A stretch of 63,748 nucleotides of DNA, counting the filler, from Octopus bimaculoides (Eukaryota): assembly GCF_001194135.2 (NCBI RefSeq). It is 5 parts of 4 records of this genome, joined end to end, with 100 filler letters (N's around TTAATTAATTAA, not from the genome) between each part and the next. Parts side by side here need not be neighbours in the genome. Positions count along the whole stretch, not along the records: positions 1 to 23,194 come from NC_068986.1; 4 more parts are not named here. The stretch is one strand, 5' to 3'. The notes beneath the pieces were generated by a model. That model did no database searches, was not told where the DNA came from, and worked only from the letters and a program-made list of their open reading frames with translations. This document shows, in pieces, positions 12,068 to 22,849 of the stretch (position 1 is the stretch's first letter; the number at the start of each line of letters is the position of its first letter). Both the position numbers and the translations under genes were made by a program.

Positions 12068-12316
12068 AGATTGAGGAGAAAAAACCTGTCAAGAAACAAA
12101 AAGCAGATAATGACTCTGCCGCCACTGCTTCGGTGTCCAAGTCTCCTGTTGCCCCGCCAACTCCAGAGAAAAAGTCACAATCAGGTGATAAGACAATGAG
12201 CTTAGAAAAGTCTATCCGTACAACATACCGTGAGGGTCAACCTTTCAGCTTCTTTCTTACTCGTGTTAAAGGGATTAGTTCACAGTACAATTCTTCCTTT
12301 GTTATGGGAATTTCTG
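12068..12316 (+). CDS. TDP1: TDP1 exon B: linker and start of the catalytic domain
   Basis: Acceptor TTTGTAG|AG (phase 1 restores GAG). GQPFSFFLTRVKGISSQYNSSFVMGIS aligns with human TDP1 [26 protein letters not shown] as recalled. Donor G|GTAAGT at 12317. Confidence 0.9.
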
Positions 12317-12528
12317 GTAAGTGTTTTTTTCTTCTTCTTTTTACCTAATTCATATCTTTTCTTCTTGCTAGTTTTTCTTTTTTTAACACCCTAAACCATT
12401 TTCATCTTTATTATTCATTCTACCATAAAAGAAAATATAACTGTAAAGACAGAATAAAAAATGCATTTTAAAAACTATGTTTTATTTTATTCTAATAATG
12501 TGTAACCTTTTTTTATTTTTCTCTTTAG

Positions 12529-12572
12529 ATATTTTGTCATCAGCATTTGGTAACCTTCAGGCATCATGTCAG
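12529..12572 (+). CDS. TDP1: TDP1 exon C (44 bp)
   Basis: TTTCTCTTTAG acceptor. DILSSAFGNLQASCQ vs human DILSPLFGTLVSSAQ. Donor CAG|GTAAGC, phase 1 in and phase 0 out. Confidence 0.9.
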
Positions 12573-13079
12573 GTAAGCATCTTTTACAAAAAAGAAAAAT
12601 ATAGAAATATCTCCCCAAAACTTTAAATATCAGTTTTTACCATTCTGCCATGTCACATTGAGGAGGATGATGATGATGATGGTGGTAGCAGTGGTGGCAG
12701 CCATTGTCATCATCATCATCATCACCACTGTTGGCCACATGTCATCTTATAGTAATTTTTCTGTTTTTACATAAAAAACTTTAAATATACAGATGTCTGT
12801 GCGTGTCATTGCATACCTTTGCACTGACAGTTTCAGTTGTGCTGGTGTTGTTTATGTCCTTCATGAACAAAAGTCTAGCAGCTTAGCATTTTCACTTGAG
12901 AAACAATGGTATGGTATTTAGAAGGATGCTAACATTGATTAATATAGTCCTACTGTACCAGATATTAAAGATACATAAGATAAATGTAGACCTCAGTCCT
13001 ATGTGTCTGACCCCACAACCTCAATTATCACTGTGTAACAAAATCATAATTCTTTTTTGTCTTTAATCAGTAAATATCA

Positions 13080-13520
13080 TTTCTTATTTGCTTCTATCTA
13101 GAAATCAAAAGAAATGACAACTATTCCCTTCAAACATTGCTTTTGTGACCTGGACATCAATGTTTTGAAACTGACTTATTTTCCATTACATTTCAGACAG
13201 ATTCAGCACTGAGTTGCTGAAGCAGAAATATTGTTATAGTAAATATTCTGCTCAACACCACAGATTTAGTTGTCAGTTGTGTGACCATAACCACTTGAGT
13301 ATGTCCTTTAGTGCCTGACAATATGCATTTCTGATCATGAGCAGTAGTGGGGGAACATCATAGCCATGTGTTTGAGAAGAATTCTTTGGGGGATTTGAAT
13401 AAATGAAACAAAAGCAAAGTTTGAAGGAAATGTTAGCCATTTTTCATTCTTCCTAGGATTAAGCAAATAGGAAATAACAGTTGCTTCCCAAGGACAAAAA
13501 TTGTGTTACACAGTGTTATG
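13080..13520. repeat. Unclassified ~440-bp dispersed repeat, copy 1 (inverted relative to 53650-54095)
   Basis: The reverse complement aligns along its length with 53650-54095 (e.g. CCCAAGGACAAAAAT, GAAGGGAAT.GT.GTCATTTC, TGATCATGAGCAG). Confidence 0.7.
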
Positions 13521-14024
13521 ATTAAAAGATCATAGGTCTATTTGATCTGGAGTTAAACAACAGCTAAAATTGCTACCATCTTATTGAACATTTTATTTTG
13601 TAAACTGTTCATTTGTTTTTTTATCTGTACAAACAAGGAGCCATTATTTTTCATACAATAATGGAGATATTTGGTATGTTGAGAATAACTGTGGAATTAG
13701 GGAACTAATTTATCTATTAGTTCTGCCGCAACAAACTCTCACCTGACCCACGCAAGCATTGAAAAATAGATGTTAAAATGATAAGATAATGATGTAGTAT
13801 AAATGCAGTTTTCTGTATAATGTTAGGGCCTCATATTTATGATTATAATGAGCTGAAAAGACTTTGATCAACTGAGATTGTACAAGTAATTAGTAAACGA
13901 AGTCTACTATTAAATGTGTTGAAAATCTAAAAATTTTTAGTAAGGGAACTGACTCCAATAAGATTAGTTTATTGAAATTTTTAGACAATAAAGAAAATAG
14001 AGATTAAGTTGGGCAAAATGTTTA

Positions 14025-14195
14025 GCAGCAATTCCCCTGTCCTTTCTGAGTTCAAATTCCACCAAGATTGACTTTACCTTTCATCCATTTAAGGTTGGTA
14101 AATTAAGTACCAGTTGAGCACTGGGGTTGATGTAATTGACTTAATCCCTCTTCTGGAACTTCTGGTCTTGGGCCAAAATTTGAAATCAATATGTA
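14025..14195 (+). mobile_element. tRNA-derived SINE family B
   Basis: TTCTGAGTTCAAATTCC.CC.AG.T.GACTTT.CCTTTCATCC..TAAGTACCAGTT..CACTGGGGT.GATGTAAT.GACTT consensus. Confidence 0.75.
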
Positions 14196-14269
14196 GAATA
14201 AAGATTGGTCTTTAAATCATATTTCTGTCTCATGCCGATATCAGTGGTAATAATGATAATCATAATAAT

Positions 14270-14475
14270 TTCTAACATACATACATGGCCACAGTCTTAG
14301 TGAAAGGGATTAGTCAATTGAATTGATTTCAGTACTAGGACTTTATTTTATTGACCCTAGAAGGATAAAAGGTAAAGGTGACGTTAGTGGGATTTGAACA
14401 CAGAAGGTAGAGAAAGAGCCAAAACAAATACTGTTGGGCATTTTTCCCAAACCTCCAACACTTCTGCTAATCCTC
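14270..14475 (-). mobile_element. SINE family B, antisense, tail-to-tail with 14025-14195
   Basis: The reverse complement carries the same consensus, more diverged. Confidence 0.65.
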
Positions 14476-14499
14476 TTTTTATCATTTTATCTTTTTTAT

Positions 14500-14880
14500 T
14501 TTAAACTTTTTTCAGTCATTAGACTGCGGCCACACTGGGGCATCACCTTGAAGAATTTTTAGTTGAATGAATTGACACTATTACATTTTTTTAAAGCATG
14601 GTACTTATCCTATTGATCTCTTTTGCTGAACTGCTAAATTATGGAGGCATAACCACACCAACGCCAGGCAGTGGTAGGGGACAAACAAACATACGCACGT
14701 GCATGCACACATGCAAGCTTCTTTCAGTTTCTATTTACCGAATCCACTCACTAGACTTTGGTTGGCCCAAGGCTATAGTAGAAGACACTTGCCCAAAGTA
14801 CCACACAATGGGACTGAACCCGGAACCATGTGGTTGGGAAACAAACATCTTACCACATGGCTATGCTTGTGCCTTTATGT
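14500..14880 (-). mobile_element. SINE family A, near full length, antisense in TDP1 intron
   Basis: TTTCAGTCATTAGACTGCGGCC..CTTTTGCTGAACTGCTAA..GGCTATAGTAGAAGACACTTGCCCAA..GAACCCGGAACCATGTGGTTGGGA. Confidence 0.8.
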
Positions 14881-15149
14881 TGATTCTAATAAAGGAAAGG
14901 ACTTTTTTCCATAGGTAGAAAGCCACATGGATTGGGGGCAGGGAATAAATGATCAAAGTAGCTGGCATTTATTTTGTTGACTTCCTGTGAAATAAAAGGT
15001 GAAGTTGACCTTACTGAGATTTGAACCTTGGAAGTATGCAATCAAATAGATGGTAATAATGACATGAGTACAATATTTTACAGTAGACGCACCCATCTAC
15101 AGAATGAATAAACATCATGCAACCATTAAATGTGTCCAACACTTGTGGT

Positions 15150-15640
15150 TAATGCTGTAATGATATTGGTTTCGAATTTTGGCACAAGGCCAGCAATATT
15201 GGAGGAAGGGCAAGCCAATTAGAGCAACCCCAGTGCTCAGCTGGTACTTATTTTATTGACTCCGAAAGAATGAAAGGTAAAGTTGACCCTGGCAGCACTT
15301 GAACTCAGAACGTATAGATCGATGAAATGTCGCTAAACCTTTTGCTTGGTGTGCAAACGATTCTACCAGCATGCTGTCTTTAAATGTTGTAATAGTATTG
15401 GTTTAAAATTTTGCACAAGGCCAGTAAGTTTTGGGGGAGGGGTAAGTTGATTACATCAACCCCAGTACTCAACTGGTACTTATTTTATCAACCCTGAAAA
15501 GATGAAAAACAAAGTTGACCTTGGCAGAATTTGAACTCAGAATAGTTAGATAGATGAAATATCACTAAACCTTTTGCTTGGTGTGCTAATGATTCTGCTA
15601 ATGATTCTTTCAGATGTTACCTTTAAATGCTGTAATAATA
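15150..15640 (-). mobile_element. Two tandem SINE family B copies duplicated with their flank (~235-bp unit)
   Basis: Units at ~15160-15375 and ~15395-15615 share the private AAACCTTTTGCTTGGTGTGC variant. The flank AATG(C/T)TGTAAT..TATT occurs three times. Confidence 0.75.
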
Positions 15641-16346
15641 TTAATATCAGTTTTGTTTGCCAAAATCTACAAACATTCTTGTGGAATGAACCAATGAGGA
15701 AGCCTCTATGCAGTTGCTTGTCCTGCTAGACATAGCAACCATTTCTCATTCAAATCACAGTTTGTTGTTATAAAGAAGATAGGATATATTAGAGAATGTA
15801 GGCTCAGATATACAAAATGATATGTTGGTCACTGCTAGAACTTCCCTTAGCATATTTTATCAGAGTTGATCGAAGCAAAAGAACAAAGCCACTTTTGAAA
15901 AAACATGTTTCTTCAATCACCTCCACACAACTTGTGGCCTGGAATTTTCAGCATTAGAACCTGAAGAAAATGATATTTATGAGGCTGTCATTTTGTACTG
16001 ATCTCCATTAAAACTCTTGGATGATATTGTCTTCTTCTTGAAAATCTAATTAAGAATTTTGGTTAGAGACTCAGTGTAATAATATAAGAGATACAAACAC
16101 TAAGTTTTATTTTTGGCAAAAACTTGTTACCTGCATCTTTAAAAATAAGTGATAATAATAATTTATTCCAGTTTAGTCTTTTTAAAAATTTCATTTTTTA
16201 ATTAATGACTTTTTTTAATATGAAATGATAATAATCATAAAATTCCTTCTGAGATGAATCTTGCAATTATTTTAAATGCATGTGTTAAAAGAATAGTAGT
16301 ATTACTGTCTTTCTTAACTAACTCTATTTCCTATTTTGGTTTCCAG

Positions 16347-16402
16347 TTTAATTACATGTTTGATATCAAGTGGCTGATGCAGCAATATGCTCCAGAATTC
16401 CG
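16347..16402 (+). CDS. TDP1: TDP1 exon D (56 bp)
   Basis: TTTCCAG acceptor. FNYMFDIKWLMQQYAPEFR vs human FNYCFDVDWLVKQYPPEFR. Donor CG|GTGAGT (phase 2). Confidence 0.93.
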
Positions 16403-16411
16403 GTGAGTCGG

Positions 16412-16795
16412 TCTTTTATCTTTTACTTGTTTCAGTCATTAGACTGGCCCATGCTGGGGCACCATTTCGAAGAATCTTTTAGTTGAATAAATGGATCCCA
16501 ATACTTATTTTTATTAAGCCTGGTACTTATTCTCTCAGTCTCTTTTGCTGAACCACTAAGTTACAGGGATGTAAACACACCAACACTGGTTGTCAATCGA
16601 TAGTGGGAAACAAGTATAGACAAACATATGCAATAGACTTCTTGCAGTTTCCATTTAAAAAATTCACTTGCAAGGTTTTGATCAGTCTGAGGTTATAATA
16701 GAAGACATTTGCCCAAGGTGCCATGCAGTGGGACTCAACCAGGAACCATGTGGTTAGGAAGCAAGCTTTTTACCACACAACCATGCCTGCATCTA
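16412..16795 (-). mobile_element. SINE family A, antisense, starting ~10 bp after the exon D donor
   Basis: Full family A consensus with CpG decay. Confidence 0.8.
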
Positions 16796-17094
16796 ATGAG
16801 TCTAAGGAGTTATTTTCCCTCATCTTCATACATGTCATTTGAAACAGATGGTACAATCAGGGTTTGAATGTTTTTGTTCATAAGTCTGCGTAATCAGGTT
16901 TGACTTGAGGCTAAACATCAACTACAACAATCACTACCATCACGAGGGAGGTCATAATGGGTGATGATGTCTGTAGAAGCCATGTCTGAAAAGATGGAAT
17001 TGTCATGTCTTGAATGCCTTTCGGTACTGATTTGCTTGACTAGTGCTGACCTAAGACAGTCACTAGCATTAGACAAGTATATAGTTCTTTTGTC

Positions 17095-17485
17095 TTTCAT
17101 GTTTTTCTTGTTTCAGTCATTAGACTGTGGCCAGGCTGGGGCACTGCCTTGATGAATTTTCAGTTTAACAAAGTGATATCAGTACTTCTTTCTGAGCCTG
17201 GTTCTTATTCTATCAGTCTCTTTGGCTGAACCACTAAGTTATAGGGATGCAAACAGACCAACACCAGTTGTCAAACAGTGGTGGGAGACAAACACAGAAA
17301 CAAAGACACACACACACACACACACACCTAGCTACTTTCAGTTTCCATCTACTAAATCCATTCACAAGTCTTTGGTTGGCTCAAGGCTATAGTAGAAGAC
17401 ACTTGCCCAAGGTGCCACACAATGTGACTGAACTGGGAACCGTGTGGTTGGGGTGCAAACTTCTTACCACACAATCATGCCTGTG
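17095..17485 (-). mobile_element. SINE family A, antisense
   Basis: Full family A consensus with a central (CA)n. Confidence 0.8.
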
Positions 17486-17764
17486 TCTTTTTTTTTTTTT
17501 TAAGACAGTTAGTGTGATGTGGGTAGAACTTAGTTACTATTGGTAGCAGGTCAAACAGCTGCTGCAGAAGGGTTCCATTATTGGCTTATTCTGTAATACT
17601 TGAACCATGGGAACATCACTGAAGACTTCAGCTTTGTATTGTGATTCAAGAGAAAATGTTCTGCAGTGGTTTTGTTTTATATCTTATCCTTCTTTGGGTA
17701 TCTAGAAAATTCTGTTGTACAAACTCTCAGATAATTATCTAAAGATTAAAAATATATATTCTTC

Positions 17765-17900
17765 CAAAACCTGTGGTCTTGGGTTTAGTCTCACTGTGCC
17801 GCACCTTGGGCAGTTGTCTTCTACTAAAGCCCTGAGTCGACAATACCATTGTGAATGAATTTGGAAGACGGAAACTGGAAGAAGCTTATCATATGTATGT
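17765..17900 (+). mobile_element. SINE family A, 5' half, sense
   Basis: GCACCTTGGGCA..TGTCTTCTACTA.AGCC..GACGGAAACTG.AAGAAGC. Confidence 0.7.
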
Positions 17901-18122
17901 ACATACATACAGACATAAAAATGTGTATGTATTTATATATAAATATATATATATAGGTAAGTGATAGGCTTGCCTCGATCCTTCAGGGGTAGTCTGAAGC
18001 ATCCAAGCAACCAGGGGATGTTTAAATCCGGAGGCACTCCTGGGGATCACCTGTATGGGTACCGTCTTGGGAAGAGGGCATCCAGAGGCAGGTAATTTAT
18101 TGCTTAAACCGTACTTTATAAT

Positions 18123-18267
18123 TATATTTATGTGGAGAATGGAGCAACAAATACAAGAAAAAGCAATATTGTTGGATTAGTTAACCGTTGTTTTATTACG
18201 TAATAAAACAACGGTTAACTAATCCAACAATATTGCTTTTTCTTGTATTTGTTGCTCCATTCTCCAC

Positions 18268-18276
<9 letters not shown>
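18123..18276. repeat. Perfect 154-bp palindrome (77-bp arms, no spacer)
   Basis: Centre TTATTAC|GTAATAA at 18199/18200. The arms read as exact reverse complements out to 18123/18276. Confidence 0.95.
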
Positions 18277-18316
<40 letters not shown>

Positions 18317-18909
18317 CCGGAGTAAGCACATGAAATGTGCAACAAAGTGGAAAAAAGAGTACTCAAATACCAGAGGTAGAGTAATAATATATATATATCA
18401 TTCATTCACACATGGTAGTGCGTGAATAATATTCTTAAGGTCAACATTTACTCACTCACAACCACTTCTAGGCTTTGTCACTAACTTAGTTTTTAACCAA
18501 GTTAGTTGATGTTTACATTTATAGATTGGTCACATCCTAAGCTACATTTTGAGTGACAAAATTTGAAAATTGCTTTGGTAGAGAAAAAGTTTCAGTAAAA
18601 TATGTGAAGTTAAAAATGGGAGAGTAACAACTGAAATCAAGTCAGATATTCTTTTTTTTTAAAAGAAATCTATATTTCATTTTAGCTTATTTGATAGATC
18701 TTGGTGAGAGGAATCTATCCATGTTACTTATATTGTTGTTGACTGTGACTTTGAAGTTTTGGCCCCAACTATAGCTTAGCTAGCCAAAACTCCGAAGTCA
18801 CTGTCTACAACATTCTTGTTTAAGAATCGTAAATTTGTACTCTATGAAAGTATAAAGTAACCCATTAGATTAATGTAACATTGTTTTTATTATGACTGAA
18901 CTTAAATTG

Positions 18910-19010
18910 CACGCACGCACACACATACTCTCACACACACATACTCTCACACACACATACTCTCACACACACACATACTCTCACACACACACACATACTC
19001 TCACACACAC
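18910..19010. repeat. Compound minisatellite (CA)n-TACTCT, 5 units
   Basis: Repeated CACACATACTCTCA units with variable CA number. Confidence 0.8.
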
Positions 19011-19137
19011 AAGCTCTGTTATTAGTACCATTAGTAACACAATGAGCTATAATGATATTTTCATATAAAAAATAAAATTCAACTTTATCAATCCCTCTTA
19101 TTTTCATATTCTTGAACTAGTTTTCTCTAAATTTCAG

Positions 19138-19234
19138 GCAAAAACCTGTTCTAATAGTCCATGGGTTTAAAGGTTCTGAGATGACTGGTTTACAGAATGA
19201 TGCATCTAAATTTTCCAGTGTGTCATTATGTCAA
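19138..19234 (+). CDS. TDP1: TDP1 exon E (97 bp)
   Basis: ATTTCAG acceptor (phase 2). RQKPVLIVHGFKGSEMTGLQNDASKFSSVSLCQ vs human [33 protein letters not shown]. Donor CAA|GTAAGT (phase 0). Confidence 0.93.
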
Positions 19235-19380
19235 GTAAGTACATTTTACTTCTTATACTATTCACAATTGTTTACTGCTTTTCCATTTTATCAATGCTCA
19301 TTTTATGTATTAGCTTTTTTTTCCTAGCTGTTTGCCATTTGGGATTAGTGAACTTACAGGAATGGAGGCACAGTTAAATA

Positions 19381-19770
19381 GCAAAGGAGAAGACAAATCA
19401 ATTTATTGAGCTAAAGGAGAAAGCAGCTCAATTTGTTGAGGCAGCAAAAATAGCAGCTCAGTGAACTGAGTTAGAGTAGAGGACGATTCTATTAATTGAG
19501 CTAGTGTGGAAATACTCAGTCAACAAGAGTGACAGGAAGGGTGGCTTAGCTAATTTAGGTGGTGGAAATGATGGGTCAGCCTGCAAAGAAGGTGTTCAGT
19601 CAGCTGAACTTGCAAACATGATAGTGGAAATGGTGTTTTAGCCAATTTAGTAAACTGAGGCAAGAGAAAAGATGACTCAGTTAATTGTTTTAGTTGGTAA
19701 GACATCTCAACTATCTAAACTGCCGGATAAGATGGCTCAGTTAACTGGTACACAGAAAAGATGACTGAGA
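19381..19770. repeat. Decayed 30-bp-period tandem repeat
   Basis: Consecutive 30-mers such as GCAAAGGAGAAGACAAATCAATTTATTGAG, CTAAAGGAGAAAGCAGCTCAATTTGTTGAG and GCAGCAAAAATAGCAGCTCAGTGAACTGAG, with later GATG(A/G)CTCAGTTAA(T/C)TG units. Confidence 0.6.
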
Positions 19771-19840
19771 ATTAGGACCTTTTTTTAGTTCATTAATAGC
19801 CTTGTGAAGGAATTTGGAAGATAGATCTGAAAGAAGCCTG

Positions 19841-19874
<34 letters not shown>

Positions 19875-20399
19875 ATGTGCGCATATCTCTGTGTGCTTAC
19901 AAAACTACACTGAATTACAGACTGGACATCACTATTTGTAGCTCAACTACATTTGGTGACATCATCTTTATTGGTTGGAGTGCAACTAATGACATTCATT
20001 GACATTTCCTATCAATCTGTTAGCTCTGTGCATTTGAATTCCTCTGGATTAAGAATAAGTCCTCTACTTGAAGAATGGGCAAGGTTGGCAACAGGCAGTT
20101 GTGCCCAGCCATAAAAATCCTACTTCAGTTCTCTTCTTTCTAAACCATGCTTTGTGGACAAACATATAAAACAAATTGAGCATTTCATGGAAAAAATTCA
20201 TTGGTTCAAATGGTAGAAAGTACCATTTGGAACTTCAAAACAGTCTTGGGTTTTGATTTTAGCTGACATGAAGATGACAAAAAAAAATATCAAGATGCCT
20301 GGTGATATACTGTGATTGAGAAAACTCATGCAACTTTGCAAAATGAAGTCCTGTCAAGCCTTTCCCAACAACTCAACTTCTAATGCCCATCCCTTCATC

Positions 20400-21020
20400 A
20401 ATCTTCTGTGTTACTACTCACTCATGTATTCCCCTATGTTTCACATTCTATCTCTTTTATTGTCCCTCATAATCCCCTCTTCCTCCCTGACCCACTCCTA
20501 TTCTCTTCCCTTCACTTCCCAAAATTAATATTCACTCTGACCACTTCAGCCCCCATTGCCAAGCATCTGTTCACACTCTTTTCACATCTGGCAAACTTAC
20601 TTACCTCCACCCACCCTTCTGTTCCTCTAATCTTATTCTCTGCTTTATATTTACCTTGTACCTTGAAGACACACTCTTGTCATCTTTCTCTCTCTTTCCA
20701 GATGGAGAAGCCATGTATCTCCTCTTCAGCATGATCATTTCCTGTCATTCTATCATACATCCATCTCCTTCAAAGCTATACTCCACTCAGTTGAGGGGTT
20801 TCAGCTTGCAAGTACCTGATAACCTCACCAGTGCTGATGCTACATAAAATGCATCCGATACATTCTGTAAAGTAGTTGGCATTAGGAAGAGCATCCAATT
20901 GTAGAAGCCTTGCCAAAGCAGACATTAGAGCTCAACATAGTCCTCTGGTTTGTTAGTTCCTGTCAAACCATTCATTCAATGTCAGCATAGAAAATGGACA
21001 TTAAATACTGATGATGGTGA
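20400..21020 (+). mobile_element. Family G repeat, copy 2
   Basis: Pyrimidine-rich body and RTE-type tail homologous to 11355-11990. Confidence 0.65.
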
Positions 21021-21534
21021 AGAATGGGGAAAGTAAATTTACTAATAATTTGAAGACGATTTGCTCTTTACTATGTATTTCTAATCTTTATTTATAAATT
21101 CCAGTTTTCATATTAATATATGTAACTGAAAGTCAAAGTTTGTGACTTTTAAAGATAATGAAATTTAGAGCACTTATATGACATCTGTTCCCAATAATCT
21201 ATCACAGAGGTGATGAACTTTATACTCATCTGAAGGCTAAGTACAGCTTTCTGAAAACAGTGTAACATTTGAGGGAAAAAACATTATAGTAGAATATATC
21301 TTTCTTGATTACATAAATTTCAACTAATAGAGAATGTTAGAAACATCTACTGTTTTTCTTAGTCAGTTTAGTATATAGTGTAAACATTCAAACATCATCG
21401 CTATCTTTTCAAATCTTGCTGCAATCACATGTCATTTTTTGGTCTTCCAAAGTTGTCTTAGATAAGTCAAGTTACCTTTTTTTGGCTGTAAACTTTGGTC
21501 TGAAAATTCTGACTTATATGCTGGAAAATACAAT

Positions 21535-21910
21535 ATCTTTTATCTTTTACTTGTTTCAGTCATTAAACTGTGGCCATGCTTGACAAATTTTAATTGAACT
21601 TCTTGATTCCAGCACTTATCGATTTGTAAAGCCTGGTACTTACTCTATCAGTCTCTCTTGCTGAACTGCTAAGGTATAGGGATGTAATCACACCAACAGC
21701 AGTTGTCAAGTGATGGTGGGAGATACACACACACACACACACACACACACATGATGGGCTTCCAGTTTCTGTCTTCTAGATGCACTCACAAAGCTTTGGT
21801 TGGTCCAAAGCTATAGTAGAAAACACTTGCCCAAGGTGCCACACTGTGAGACTGAACCCTGAACCATGTGGTTGGGAAGCAAACTTCTGACCATACAGCC
21901 ATGCCTGTAC
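21535..21910 (-). mobile_element. SINE family A, antisense
   Basis: Full consensus with central (CA)n and CpG decay. Confidence 0.8.
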
Positions 21911-22385
21911 CTATTTCTTTACACTTGTAATTATTTGTTTACAATTGTGTTTTAAGAATAGAAATCTGAAAATTTCTGTTAGAGTTCTTTTCATCAAGTT
22001 GCTTATTCTGATTCTCTACCATTTCTACATTTTGTTAGAGTATTTATGAATCATTATATTTTATAAAATAACAAGTTTATTAGTATAAAAGTGTTTCTGA
22101 AAAGTGGCCCTTGTCAGATGGTAGTAGTAAACTTCAGTGTGGCCTTCCAACATCAAATGGTTCTTCATCTCAGCTCTACCACATTGCTTCTTTGTTCATT
22201 CACTTAATGTCTGGATGAAGGTGGGAGTGGTTAATTTTAAGGCAGGATGTTATGGCTGGGTGCAGTTTTTGTCACCAAATCTTACCTGTTTTTAAGTAGG
22301 AGTTTTTTTCATTCCAGAAGTCTTTGAAAGTGCAGAACAGTCTGTCATAATATCAGCAAGATATGTTGACCACTGGTTTGCTTAA

Positions 22386-22606
22386 CCCTTTTGTTACCAA
22401 CCCGGCTGAAACCAGCTCTGGCTCTGTAGTACAAATGTCTTGTTTCCATAAGTTTTGAATTAAAATCTTCCACCAAACATTAGTCACAATTTATGTTCCT
22501 AACACTAGCTTAATGATAACTAAGTTATTTTACTAAATTCTTTGTTATATTTAAAATGATTAAAAAAAACACAGAGCATCTCAAAATAAATACAGTAACG
22601 AAAGGG
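22386..22606. mobile_element. piggyBac-type MITE (221 bp)
   Basis: TTAA|CCCTTTTGTTAC ... GTAACGAAAGGG|TTAA. TTAA duplication at 22382-22385 and 22607-22610, and a 12-bp TIR with one mismatch at a CpG. Confidence 0.85.
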
Positions 22607-22814
22607 TTAAGTGGTGATAATATGGAATAATCAACATTCATGCACACTCTCTCTCAGGGGCTGTTAGCTTAATGGTAGCTGATATCTGAGAAGTATTGGT
22701 TTGACTCCTGCAGCTGACTGCTGGCAACCTTTTTCTGTCCTGTATGAGTTAATACCCAATCTTTCTCAGCTGTACTTACAGCTTTACTACATTCAAAATT
22801 TACTTTCTTGTCTG

Positions 22815-22849
<35 letters not shown>

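Noticed and set aside
20205-20250. KVPFGTSKQ as the missing TDP1 FGTHHTK exon
   Set aside because: It lacks HHTK, has an in-frame stop just upstream, and has no suitable phase-0 acceptor.
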